Shown here one piece after another: positions 25,968-39,609 of a stretch of DNA of 64,000 bases. Each line of letters starts with the position of its first letter. Position 1 is the stretch's first letter. The stretch comes from Octopus vulgaris (Eukaryota): the NCBI GenBank assembly GCA_951406725.2, contig OX597815.1, forward strand, positions 11,780,001 through 11,844,000, read 5' to 3'. The notes under the pieces were generated by a model. The model saw nothing but the letters and a program-made list of their open reading frames with translations. It ran no database searches and was not told the origin of the DNA. Both the position numbers and the translations under genes were made by a program.

Positions 25968-28910
25968 TGTTACACACACACACATACATACAGACACACA
26001 CGGACACACACATACATACACATATAAAGCTGGAATAGAAGCTAAGTACAGACGGAAAAGTGAGGTTTGTAGAGTATTAACATTTGTAATTTCTGCTCGT
26101 CATTAGAATTAATGAAATTGTCAGTAATTCTTGGTCTTATATATCAGGAGAACTGTCTAAAATATAATTATTTATGCTTGATCACAAGTTGCAATACGAG
26201 TCCATATTTACGAGAAGATTGTGATTCACCGTCATTTGAATCGATGTAGTCTTTTTGTCTCTAAACGTTACGTCTTATACTGTATTAATGACCGTCACAA
26301 CGGGTGTCTTCTTTAGGATGTCCAAGTATTTAGTAAATCTGCTTGGCAACATTTATCCTTTGCTTCGATTTAATTGCTCGGTATGTTTTTTTTTTACTTA
26401 CATTCCACCATTATACATCTCCTGAAAAATCGAATGCTGCAAGACAAAAACCGTGTAAGACCACATCAGACTAAAACTGTTCTCCGATAGTGTACTAATC
26501 TCTCAGCTGCTTAATAATAGAAAATTCAATTTGTGTATGTATATTCTGCAGAGTCCACTGTATTTTAAAGTTCAAAGTTGTGGATAACTCGATTATTTTG
26601 GTTCCTTATCTCCTACTAGCACAAATCGTTTCTTTTCACTTTATCGGAAGAAATGCATGTTTATTTCATGTGAAATCAAAAACAGAAAACAGATATCGAA
26701 GACGAGGGACACTTAACCGGATGGATGACTAATAAACGTATACACGTAGATTATATATGTTCCAATCAACAATGAAGTAGGTATAATAAAACAGATTATA
26801 AGTATATTTGTATATATTGCTTACCTTTTACTGTGACCTTTTTAATTGTGTGCGTTATTGGCTCGAATGCAAGATTTCTCGTTCCGCCAACCTGGTGGAA
26901 ATTAAGATAGATTGTATGAAACAAATGAAATTATAGATAGTTTTTGAAATGGACAAAGAATTTCTTATTAAATATCGAAAAGTGATACAATTTCAGGTTA
27001 CATTTCATAGGACCACAATTATCTGTGGAAATTTCAGAAACATGTACTTGTCAGCATATGCAAAACGTACGATGCACAGTATAATATCTTAATCCCATTT
27101 TATAGATGCATTACAGAAGGAAGTAAAAAAAAACAAGTAAGGAATAAAGGCTCTGATATTATTGCCCCAGGAAACTATTGAGGTGTACAAGACGAAAGAC
27201 CTACATCGAAAGTTTAAATCAAAGTGGATAGCGCTAAAGGCACCCCAGAAATAGGTGACGGTGTTGAATCAAACTGTAGCTTAACCAAATTGAATCTACA
27301 AGCTTCAGCATATTGTCAGTCAACCAAATGTAACAAATTTGCTCATAACGGCAATGTGATTTTCTCTTTGACCTCGAAATAAACTTCAATCATCCCTAAA
27401 ACAGGAAAGAAAAAATATTCGAAACATTCTGGGGAGATATCCAGTCAATTTGATCTCTAGGGAGAAATCGAATGTATATGATCTCTGGAGGCAAACGAAC
27501 AGCAATCTATTCGCTTCTTATCTTAGTTACCAGCAACGATTGTTCGTATAATTTAGATTCCTAGAAATACACATCGACCAACAATACAGCGTATATGGAA
27601 TTTACAATACGCATAAAATTACCTAGATCCTTAAGATATTCCATTTTGGATCTTTGCACTGTATTGACATGATATAGTCTACAGGAATAAAGAAAGAAGA
27701 AAAATACGTATTTCATACGCCTTGATGTTTTATGATAAAAAACTTTAACTCCATAAAATTCTAATTTAATCACTTTTACAACACATTAAAATGTATTGAT
27801 CATTAATGAAATATCGATTCATAATAAATGACAATAAGAAATTAATGACTACTTAATGAGTGAAATATTGATTTTTCCATGAAAATTCTAATTCATCAGT
27901 GTGATAAATGTGATAAATATCTTAGTAAGAAAAGAATTTCGACATTGGCAGATCAGCTTTATGATAAATGATAGAATGTAATCTTAAATAATTATTATCT
28001 AAGTTGAATATAACTATTTTTTCTGGGTGAGTGTATCTACTTTTGACAGCACGAATCACCCGGTTTTATATTTTGCTGAGAGAAAAACATAAACATTAAT
28101 GACAAAGCAAATTTGTTTTTATCAGTTCTTTCATTGTAAGCATATATGTGATATATCGGTTGAAACACGAAAAAGAGACACTTGTAAAACATATACAGAA
28201 TTTATATATCTTTGTCATATTTAGAAAGCATAGAAATGATACCAAAAAGCATTCAAATGTGTGAAAAGAAACTGTTTCTTAACATTTTAATAATTTTTCA
28301 TTTTAGTGTTATAATGGTGTTTAGTATACGCTTTTCGATTTTGCTTTAACATTTTCTCTCTCCATTGCTATTGGCATAAATAATTTTTTCTAAACGATTT
28401 TTCTATCATTTTGAAATTTGCCCTTTAGGTGTTAAGTCACTTTGAATGCTGTTGATAATTAGTGACGAGGACCTAATGCATGACTGGTTATTGTTAAATA
28501 TTGGGATATTCTCTCATAATATTCTTCCCCAATGCCTTACCCATTATGCTAATGTCATTGCAGAAACGAAATAACCGAATTTGCATCGGTTTCACTGAAA
28601 CATATAATGCTTGACATGCCACATATGCTGAAATTGAAAAATGCTAAATGCTTTTATATATCGCCTTTATTATTATTATTTTTTTTTTTTTTCACTTCTG
28701 GCTGAATGCAATTTTATAGAAAAGTTTATTTTGCTTTCTTTTCGTCATTAATGAACACGGTTTTAAAGGTGTAATGTATAAATGCATGAAAATGTGAAAG
28801 GAAAAAAAAATATCCGAAATTGCAGTATCATTTTAAATATGCATCGATAATTTATGTAACATGATTTTACGAATATGACAGTAGTAAAAATTGCAATATT
28901 ATAATAGTGG

Positions 28911-29054
28911 ATAATAACAACAACAACCATAAGAATAATGAGGATTATGATGATGATGATGATGATAATGATGATAATAATATTAATAATAATAACAACA
29001 ACAACAACAATAATAGTAATAATAATAATGATAATAATAATAATATTAATAACG

Positions 29055-29110
<56 letters not shown>

Positions 29111-29140
29111 AATAATGATAATAATAATCATAATAATAAT
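28911..29140. repeat. (AAT)n/(GAT)n/(AAC)n compound microsatellite
   Basis: Direct inspection. Confidence 0.95.
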
Positions 29141-29340
29141 TGGTACAGGGCTAGCAACCTCTGAGGAGGAGATAAGTGGATGATGTTGAACGCAGGGTTC
29201 AACTGGTACTTATGTTATCGACTACGAAAAGATGAAATGCAAAGACAACCCCAGTAGAATTTCAACTCAGTAAAGCTGGCTGAATTGGAACTAAACATTT
29301 TTTCCGGTGCGGTAACGATTCTGCCAGTTTGCTGACTTAA
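29141..29340 (-). mobile_element. Degenerate SINE family D
   Basis: ACTGGTACTTA..ATCGAC..GATGAAATGCAAAGAC..TAACGATTCTGCCAG. Confidence 0.65.
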
Positions 29341-30046
29341 GAAGAATATAAATAATTATTCTTTCTACGATAGGGAGAAGGCCAACAATTTTGAGAAAAG
29401 GATTTATTTCATATTCGCAACAACAGCCTCATCAAGTTTGCCGCTTTCAGTAATGCTTCTAATCTGGGGATAAGGTCGGCAATTTCGACTCCAGTACTTG
29501 ACCCGTCCTTTATTTTATCGATATCGGTGATATGAACTATAAACTTAACCTCCATTTGATATGGAATGAGAACATAAATGCGGGAGCAAATATAAAACAT
29601 TCTCACCGAAACCATAAATATTTTGTAAATTCACCACTAAACGTACCAGGAATTTGAGAGAACTGCTCTGAAATTCGACATCATGTATTAAAAAAAAAAG
29701 AGACGATGTATTTGAGAATAAAGTACTGCCAATAATAGACCAGGAAAAACAATAAGAGGAGGAAATTCCTTTTGTTTTAGAGTTCGATTAATGCGGTTTA
29801 TATAAAAATTGAAAATAACGACAGCAAATAATATTTGTATTAAGTCTACAAAACCTATAAAACATTGCATGAATTTACAAATATCAAAAAAACATTTTGG
29901 CACCAAAATAGGGATTTAGTATTGGATAGCCTTCAGCTTGTATTTTTAATGAATGGGATCGTGAAAACAGAATGTTTCTGTGGCAATTCGCACATTTCAG
30001 GTGGACAATAAATATGTAATATGAAATACTACACGAAAACATTATG

Positions 30047-30099
<53 letters not shown>

Positions 30100-30610
30100 T
30101 ATATAGAAGGAGCTTTACAGGACTAGTACTATTCAAGAAATCTTCTTGAATGAAACAGTACTATCCTTATATATAATAAATTAATTTTACTCTGCTATGT
30201 ATTGAGTACCTTACTTACTGTGGTTAACCCCGAATCAACCCGGGACCTACATATATATATATATATATATATACAGAAATACACACTGACACTCAGACGC
30301 GTGCGTACACGCACACAAACACAAGCATTTATAACTATACATCTCAAAATAATGATTGCATCATATTCGTAAATTTGAAGATACTAATACTAAAGTAAAG
30401 TCGGGTCTGTAATCAGGAACAAAAGTCTAAAAAAAGAATGTTATAATGACACGCTTTTTTTTTATCAGTCTGACAAAAGAAAACTACAAAATATCTTGAC
30501 TTTCCAACATTGTACAGGTGCAGTCTTAGAGGTGTTTTACAAAGAAATATCTGGAATAATTTTTGGAAAGCAAAGTAATTGTTGTCGAAAGGAGTTAAAA
30601 TGAATGTCGG

Positions 30611-30954
30611 AGACCTACCTCCTTCGGTCACGACACAGACCATGGGATTGCACCTAGAAAGTTACCCTCCTAGATATATAAAGTCCGGGCGAGGTTGTTT
30701 ATGGAAGACCAGCAGTCGCCCATGCATACCAGCCTCCCCTCTCCACGTCACCGATGTTATCGAAGGGAAAGACAAAAGTCGATACAGCTTGGCACCAGTG
30801 ACGTCGCAACTCATTTCTACAGCTGAGTGAACTGGAGCAACGTGAAATAAAGTGCCTTGCTCAAGAACACAACACGCAGCCCGGTCCAGGATTCGAGATC
30901 ACAACCTCACGATCGTAAGCTCGACGCTCTAACCACTGAGCCATGCGCCTTCAC
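30611..30954 (-). mobile_element. SINE family B, full length
   Basis: GTGAAGGCGCATGGCTCAGTGGTTAGAGCG head; matches 2581-2920. Confidence 0.92.
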
Positions 30955-31930
30955 TTAAGCCGTTAAATCCTAACGAGTAAATTGCCAGAAAAAATATGAA
31001 ATAGGAAATTATATTGTAACAGCGATTAGATTATCAATACGTGTGTGAGTACAGAAAATGATGATATAGAGTTTACAAAAACAGCTAAGAATTACAGCCA
31101 ATACATGCAGCATAAAATTGACCGAATGTAACGTGAATGATAAAATCTAAACTAATTTATCAACAGGTTGCTCTGGAGAATTACACCATTATTTTCAAAG
31201 CCAACGAAGTTTATGCATACAACGATGCATATGATAGCAGAACTTTATAGAAATAGATAGAAGTATGCATGCCTGTGTGTATATACACTTAGCTATAGAG
31301 AAATGGCTGAAGATATAACCAAAATTCAGTGTTGGATTTAAAGTTATTTCTTTCTACAAAATATTATATATATATATAGTCGTTTATTAAAAGTACGAAT
31401 ATTATTGTGTAGCGGTATCATGGTGTTATTTAACTTGGTATATTTGTATCAGCTATACAAGAATTAATCTAATATATCATCTAGCACATCACACGAATAT
31501 ATTTATATCGTCTTGAAAAGCCTGAAGGAAAGGTCAGAATAAGTTTTTGATTGGAAACTGTTATATATTACACTGGATTCTAACGATGTCAGAATATTTG
31601 TTATTGAAATCTCATTTATATCCTTAAAGTGTCAAATATCGGAAACCTGTTCCACTGCGTGTTTTTCCATCTGCATTCCTGCGTTTTCCTCGAAGCATTT
31701 GATAGTTAATATCTGGAATCTGTCATTTCTCGGTGGACCTCATGCACTTCCATATACATATGTTCGCACGTAGTTACACAGCCATACATGCCCCCCCCAA
31801 CAAAAACGCGCACATATACACGCACAATATAATATGTGTATCTTCATATATGTATGTGTGTGTAACCATTTTATGTGCATATATATATATATATATATAC
31901 ATAGATATATAGATAGATAGATATATATGC

Positions 31931-31971
31931 AATGCTAGCAATGCTAGGGGGACAAACACAGACACACAAAA

Positions 31972-32028
<57 letters not shown>

Positions 32029-32192
32029 TACGACAGGCTTCTTTCAGTTTCCGTCTACCAAATCCACTCACAAGGCATTGGTCGGCCCGAGTCTATAGCA
32101 GAAGACACTTCCCCAAGATGCCACGCAGTGGGACTGAACCCGGAACCATGTGGTCGGTTAGCAAGCCTCTTACCACACAGCCACTCCTGCGC
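31931..32192 (-). mobile_element. SINE family A, 5' half
   Basis: Head through internal microsatellite; 3' part missing. Confidence 0.88.
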
Positions 32193-32426
32193 CATATATT
32201 CATACATGTGCACAAAGGTATTTCGAATGTATAGATAATAGCAAGACTGTTTGATCTACTTCAGCTATGATTATTCCAGATGTTCTCTTAAATGCCCACA
32301 CAATGACGTATGTACGATGTAAGTAACTGATTATGCCATAGATATTGTTCGTTACTGTTGTGATCAGCGAACACATTACAGCGCATGTGTTATGAAACTT
32401 TGAGTTTCAAATGATACCACTCGAAC

Positions 32427-32475
<49 letters not shown>

Positions 32476-32802
32476 ATTTACTAAAATACTATTACATAAC
32501 GGTATCATGGTGCTGTTTAACTTGCTACAATTCTCTCAGCTGTACAGGTCAAAGCAAATGGATTTTCTGCGGTTGTTGAGCTTCGGCATGTAGGAGATGC
32601 GGTCCTTAAATCTGCTAGCGGCTATAGCCTCATTATAGTACGGGGACGCTGCGTAGAAAATCTCTTGGTTGGAGGAAAATTCGTGATGCTCTTACTAAAA
32701 CCCTTCAGCAGGTTTTTGAATACGATGGTTAAGTGGCAGGAGCCTGTGTTAATTTCTCTCTCTCTCTCTCTCTCTCTCGCTCTCTCTTTTTCTCTCTCTT
32801 TA

Positions 32803-32874
<72 letters not shown>

Positions 32875-32955
32875 AATATATACATATACGACGGGCTTCT
32901 TCTGTTTCCGTCTACTAAATCTACTCACGAGACTTTGGTCTGCCTGACGCTATTT

Positions 32956-32986
<31 letters not shown>

Positions 32987-33036
32987 TTCGCACCAGATTG
33001 TATCTGTACAAAAGTATATATACATTTATTGTACAG

Positions 33037-33216
33037 GTGAAGGTGTGTGATATATAAAGCTTGTCTCCCAGCCACATGGTGCCGGGTTCATTCCCATTGC
33101 GTGCCACCTTGGGGACGTGTCCTCTACTGTAGCGTCAGGGCAGACCAAAGTCTTGTGAGTGGATTTGGTAGACAGAAACTCAAAGAAGCCTGTCGTATAT
33201 ATACATACATACATAC

Positions 33217-33249
<33 letters not shown>

Positions 33250-33490
33250 TATACATAATTTGTGTGTGTGTACAAATGTCTCTGTGTCTGTGTTTGTCCA
33301 TCACCACTATCACTTGGCAACCGGTGCTGGTGTGTTCCCGTCTCCGCCACTTAGCTGTTTTGATAAGTACCAAACTTAACTTGTTACATTTCTATCAACT
33401 ATACGTAGATCGATTCATTGGAATAAAAAAAAATCTACAAGACGGTTCACAGCATTGCCGTAGTCTGATGACTTAACCAGAAAAGAAAAA
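33037..33490 (+). mobile_element. Diverged SINE family A
   Basis: CCACATGGT.CCGGGTTCA, GTGAGTGGATTTGGTAGACAGAAACT, degenerate tail. Confidence 0.8.
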
Positions 33491-34430
33491 AAGATCTATA
33501 TAATAATCTACTTTTTCGTCCACCCGTCTTTCTTTATTTAGTTGAAGAAGTGGAGATCAAGTAAAAATGAGAGAGGGGGAGGAGAGTGAGAAGATAAGAT
33601 AGGAGTGAGGAAGAACTAGTCAAAGATGTATAATAAGGCTAAATGCGTCACGTGGTTATTTGAGAGGAGAGGTTAAGAACGAGAGAAAAAGACTGTGAGG
33701 GAAAAGAAGGAGAGGGAAATGTTAACGACATGCGGCAAGGTGGGATGGAAAAGTAAAGAGAAAGGGATATGTTTAGGATGCAATATGTAGCAGAGTGCTA
33801 ATTATACTGCCAACTCGGCTCTTAATGAAAAATATTAAAAATGCAAATATGAATGTTATTAATACATATAAAAACAAATATAAAAGAATATTTCATTATT
33901 GTAACATAAGATAAGATTCTATTTTTCATATTCATGCACGTACATACGTTTAAATATTAGAATTATGCTTCGCGTATAAAATTGTTGTAGAGTAGTATTA
34001 TGGCTTCAACAGCGATCAAAGCGGAAGGGGGTGGGGTAATAACGCTTTAAGATGGAAATAGAAATTTAGAAAGAGAGGCATATAAAACATCATATAAACA
34101 TATATATGCTCATGCGTTTGTAACTGAATAAAAAAATAAAACAGCATTCATTTGCAAAGTTGATTATATGCTTTCTCGAGAGCCCACGTCGGAATATTCT
34201 CAACCTTCCCACGCTTGACCCAGCATAACATTCAGAAAATCGAAGCTTTAGGAAGAAAATTGTGCACCAGTACATTTCAGCAGAGTTGATTAGATCAACG
34301 TGAAATGAAACCACTTTTCAACATAACGTTCGGTCATGGAACAAAAGCACATTGTTATAACCGTGTCTGCGAGGACCTAATCACTAGGCCGTACGCCATA
34401 TTAATGTCGTTTTTGTTTTACTATATATAG

Positions 34431-34650
34431 TTAATCCAAACAAGAAAACAAAAAGACAACAACGCAAGGACGTGGAACAAATAAAGTATTATTGGACGCT
34501 CTGGAAAGAAGTGAAGAAGGAGGGTTTGACGTTTCGCGCGGAGCTCCTCGTCGGAAACATAGGAGAAGGAAAGATCCCGAGAAGGGAAGACAGAGGAAAA
34601 AAATCGCTAGTGATACAGACGAGGTCACATACTAAAAGGCGGAATTGGTA
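34431..34650 (-). mobile_element. (TA)n-embedded short element with hammerhead-like motif
   Basis: TA-flanked; shares the downstream GAGCG..TAATAC..TTCCAC layout with 9681-9877. Confidence 0.65.
34524..34558 (-). ncRNA. Minimal type I hammerhead ribozyme-like motif
   Basis: Minus strand GTTT-CCGACGA-G-GAGC(TCC)GCGC-GAA-ACGT-C-AAAC: 4-bp stem I, stem II with one mismatch, palindromic ACGT, GUC site. Confidence 0.6.
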
Positions 34651-34782
34651 ATATATATATATATATATAGTCAGTCATTTATATATATATATATATAGTC
34701 ATTTACTAAGAGAAGGTGTTTAAGAAAGAATAATAATATGAATTTTTATTTTAAGTTGTTTCACTTTGGATCACGATATTAT

Positions 34783-35033
34783 TTTACTCTTTGTCTTGTT
34801 TCGGCCACTTGGTTACGGCCATGCTGTAGCACCGCCTTTAGTCGAACAAAAATAGACTCTAGGACTTATACTTTGTACGCCTAGTACTTATTTCATCGTT
34901 TTCTTTTGCTGAGCCGTTATGTTACAGGGACATAAACACACCAACATCGGTTTCTAAGCGACGGCAGCAGGAACTGAACCCAGAAACATGTGGTTGGGAA
35001 GCAAGCTTCTTACCACGCAGCTACTTCTACCCC
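34783..35033 (-). mobile_element. Old, internally deleted SINE family A
   Basis: Tail and head segments present, middle missing. Confidence 0.75.
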
Positions 35034-35381
35034 TATCATATAATGACATATCACATGATTTTAAAATGTCTCTCTGCTAAGCACGTTATATTTCTCTCTT
35101 TCTCTCTACCTCTTCGCCAAAGTATTTAACCAAGTAAATCGCATCTTCATGTCTGTAACATTTCTCTCACCTTTCATATTCTCTTCACCACTACCCACAT
35201 GTCTGACAGCATAATGTATTATCTGGCTATCTGCTTTCTCACTCACTCTCACATTACTTCTTTGTCTGTCTCACTTCACCTCCTCCTCATCTGTAACAAA
35301 CTAAAGCGAAAGTGTGAACGATCATGTAGAAGCATGTTGTCCATCTTTACGTTCTGAGACCGAATTCGTCCGAAATATTCA

Positions 35382-36652
35382 TATAAGGGGCTAAGACAAA
35401 ATTTATACACTCTCTTGCTTCTGCAATTTATGAAAACAAAGTGAAGTGTTAAACAATAACGTCATTTTACATAGTATCTCCTTGCTTTTCGATGCGCTTT
35501 GCGGTCCACAAGCTTACTTATTCTACCAGCGTGGTAGGTTAGAAGCGTAGAAGCCATTTATGCACCGCTTTCAGCGCTTCATCAACTGTAGCATATCGAT
35601 GACGTCGTAAATGATATTTTGAGCTGTCGAAAGTCGTGATAGCTAGGAAAAGGAAAGGTCTGCTTCCAGCAACTCGAACCATTTTTTCAATTGTTTCAAC
35701 GGTATGCATGAGTGGCAGTATGTGTGCCTGCATCAAAGTACAACAATAACATTTGTTTTGAGAATAGGCTTCGTCGTTTAGTCCGAAATGCTCTTGCCAG
35801 TTGTTGAATAGCATTTTGCTGTATCGTTCACTGGTGACTGTAGTCCCCTTTTCTAGATAAATATTTCAATGTAGATCCTTTTGCATCGCAAGAAGAAAAA
35901 TAAAAGGTCACTTCATTTCTGCAGAAGTTTGAGTCTTGAATTTCTTCTTTGCTGACGATTTTCCACTCCATTCTCTGGCTGAAAATGATGGAAATATATT
36001 TTATCTTCACTGATTATTATCTCCCAAATCGTTTCGATTAATCGGTCCAATATGCTTTGACAGATCTCCGTACGATTGCGGTTATGCGCTTCGGTATGAT
36101 CTCTTGGTACCCATCACGCACAAAAATTAAGCAAGTTCAGTTTTTCGTGGATGATTTTGTTTGTGGAGCCAGAAATAACTTGCAGAAAACATGTCGTCTA
36201 TCCGATGGTCACTCGTCAGTTTAACACAAACATCTCACGATTTTGTTGAATCATTACAACAGTGGTGGAGGTTGAGATGCCTCCTGCTCTGTCTCTCTCT
36301 GTCTCTCTCTCTCTCACTCTCTTCGTTTTATGTTCCGCTTGTCTGGATATTTTTAATTTCGCGACTCACTCAAACCCACTTCTACACGGCACAGCACTGT
36401 ATTACACTGAACGATTTCGATGAATTTCAGCAGGTGGTGCATCTTCAGACTAGACGTATCGTATCACCGATCTCTTTTCTTCTTTCATGCGCACTGCCAG
36501 TGAAGCGGTCACATTTATTCTGCAACTCAAGAGAGAAAACTGCAGCGATCAAGGTCAAACCTCAGTTACGTAACCACAGAGAACCCACCTTTTAATGCGC
36601 GAGAGCTAAAAGCATTGTGCAGTGTGTGTATAAATATCTGGTCCTTTGATAT
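35382..36652 (-). mobile_element. Decayed mariner transposon
   Basis: Minus translation WVPRDHTEAHNRNRTEICQSIL..IISEDKIYFHHFQPE and HLRRHRYATVDEALKAVHKWL; weak TIR remnants; many stops and frameshifts. Confidence 0.78.
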
Positions 36653-37164
36653 CATACAGTTACAATGTTTTCATTATCTAAGTATTAACCATGTTCTACT
36701 GTGATAATTATATTCCGAAGGAAACCGGTGGAATATTTTTCTTTACATTCATGATTTCTCAAGTCGAGTCCCGCTATAAAAGCCCTAGGCATGCGGCTTT
36801 TATCGGTGCCTCGGATAGAACCAAACCTTGTAAGTTAAAACGAATAGATGGAAACCGTTCGGAAGCTAATATGATGTGTTTTGTATGTAATTCAGTCACA
36901 CAGCCGTGTGTTCATGTTTGCCTTTCTGTGTAGTATTTTGTTGATATAAATTTATTTGTGAAAAAAAAAAAACGGTAACATATAGATGAAAATTACTGCA
37001 TAAATCCCTCACAGCAATACTATCACAAACGACATTCAAGGCATACTCTGTTTGCCCTGGTACTCACCCAAACACACACACACACACACACACACAGACA
37101 CACACACACATACGTACACAATTAGCTTTGATCGTTTTATCTGATAAATGATAGACGTAAAATA

Positions 37165-37538
37165 CTCTCTTTACTCTTTTACTTGTTTCAGTCATTTGAC
37201 TGCGGCCATGCTGGAGCACCGCCTTTAGTCGAGCAAATCGACTCCGCGACTTTGTAAGCCCAGTACTTATTCTATCGGTCTCTTTTGCCGAACCGCTAAG
37301 TGACGGGGACGTAAACACACCAGCATCGGTTGTCAAGCAATGCTAGGGGGACAAACACACACACACACATACACATATATATACATATATACGACAGGCT
37401 TCTTTCAGTTTCCGTCTACCAAATCCACTCACAAGGCATTGGTCGGCCCGGGGCTATAGCAGAAGACACTTGCCCAAGATGCCACCCAGTGGGACTGAAC
37501 CCGGAACCATGTGGTTGGTTAGCAAGCTACTTACCATA
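37165..37538 (-). mobile_element. SINE family A (young, extreme 5' end missing)
   Basis: Consensus match. Confidence 0.92.
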
Positions 37539-38023
37539 CATTTTCGAAAAACCAAAAAAAAGATAAAAGTTAACAAGAAATAAATTACTGAAACATTTAT
37601 AGCTTCCATTCAATCAGCAATAATAAATACAACAAAAACACCCAACTAAAATCCATGCTCGCTACTCCAAACTGTTATGTCACAACTATATTCAACCAAT
37701 ACTAAAAGAAGAGATTTCACTCATGTTAAGTGCTTATATCAGGGGACATGTCAGTATATATTCAAAAGAATTTGCAAAAGAGTTTATTTTATAAAAGCTA
37801 TGAATGCTTTTTTTTTCTGCCGAAAATTTTATAACTGTTTATGTTAAACAATAATTAATAATTAATAATTAATAAGAGAAAATTATATTTCCACTACGAT
37901 CTTTTAGCAGGAAAAGATTAAACATATATATCAACATCAAATATATTTGCCTAGAATCGGGAACGAGAAATTTCTATTTCATAGTAGCGATGGTTCTAAT
38001 TCTCCTCCTAACTATCTGTAATT

Positions 38024-38143
38024 AATAAAGTGTCTTGCTCAAGAGCACAACATGCAGCCTGGTCCGGGAATCGATCTCAAAACCTCACGATCCAACCACT
38101 GAACCATGCTCGACGCTCTAATCACTGACATATGCGCCTTCAC
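38024..38143 (-). mobile_element. SINE family B head fragment with small internal duplication
   Basis: tRNA-like head; AACCACTGA..ATGC occurs twice. Confidence 0.8.
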
Positions 38144-38146
38144 AAG

Positions 38147-38204
<58 letters not shown>

Positions 38205-38418
38205 GACATACACACACACACACATTAATATTACTAGCAATAACATAATATTTCCTTTTGCAGCCGTAATATACCACCAAATATATTAAAGATTTGCAGC
38301 CCAACACTGAGTAAATTTTTATGTTAGCAGTGCGATATTTTGCTCTTTAATTGACAGACTATAGATTATCTATAGAATTCAATGCCAGCATAAAATAACA
38401 ACGTTTAGTATGCGATTA

Positions 38419-38985
38419 CAGGGGTACGAAAAAATAATGGAAAACACCTAGCATCATAGCATCATAATTTTGAAATATCTATAAAACCGTCAAGAGCTTG
38501 TTTATTTTATTTATTTATTTTTTTAAATTTAATATTAGTGTTGCTTAATATGTTTCTTTTCAGATATCACCAGAAAAACTTAATTAAAATTCATTAAAAT
38601 GACAGATCTATCGGACTTTTAAAGAAGTCAAAATGTCGGTGCTCGTACGGCAGGCGTTACCGTAACGATAACAGCTCAAATGCTTGGTGTATCAAGAAGT
38701 ACTATCTCGAAAGTAATGACAGCCGTTGAGAAAGAGGGAAAAACCTCCCGGTCGAAGCAAAATTTCCGAAGAAAACCAAAACTTTCAGATATGGACCCTT
38801 GGACTCCAACACGAATTGTAAAGATTCACAATATTACAGCTCCCAAAATTACTGCAGAGCTTAATGACCACCTCGAGAACCAGTTTCCACAAAAACTTTT
38901 CGCCGGGAGCTGCACAGAGCCGAAATTCACGGGAGGGTTTCAATCAGAAAACCATTACTTTCAAAAACAAACGTGGCAAAGTCAT
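38419..38985 (+). mobile_element. Tc1-like transposon 5' half (TIR and paired-like HTH), pseudogenised
   Basis: TA|CAGGGGT start; from ATG at 38599 MTDLSDF*RSQNVGARTAGVTVTITAQMLGVSRSTISKVM..RKPKLSD..TAPKITAELN. Confidence 0.85.
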
Positions 38986-39079
38986 AATGCTACTCTACAA
39001 TAATTATATATACGAGCCATAATTCTAATATATAAACGTATGTACATGTATGAATTTTCATATGTATTAATAACATTCA

Positions 39080-39472
39080 TACTCTTTACTCTTTTACTTG
39101 TTTCAGTCATTTGACTGCGGCCATGCTGGAGCACCGCCTTTAGTCGAGCAAATCGTCCCCGGGACTTATTCTTTGTAAGCCAAGTACTTTTGCCGAACCG
39201 CTAAGTGACGGGGACGTAAACACACCAGCATCGTTTGTCAAGCAATGCTAGTGAGACACACACAGACACACAAACACATACACACACACATATATATATA
39301 CATATATACGACAGGCTTCTTTCAGTTTCCGTCTACCAAATCCACTCACAAGGCATTGGTCGGCCCGAGGCTATAGTAGAAGACACTTGCCCAAGATGCC
39401 ACGCATTGGGACTGAACCCGGAACCATGTGGTTGGTTAGCAAGCTACTTACCACACAGCCACTCCTGCACCT
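39080..39472 (-). mobile_element. SINE family A (young)
   Basis: Consensus match with a small internal deletion. Confidence 0.93.
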
Positions 39473-39609
39473 ATTTGTATTATTGATACTTTTCATTAGG
39501 CGTCGAGTTGCCTGTATAATTGGCATTCTCGGTAAAATTGTTGCAAAGCCTTTTGTCCATCTTTACGTTCTAAGTCCAAATTCGTCCGAGATATACACAT
39601 AAGTGTATA

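Noticed and set aside
30880-30954. tRNA-like sequences at SINE heads (also 53480, 39610)
   Set aside because: No complete cloverleaf; they continue into SINE bodies, so not tRNA genes
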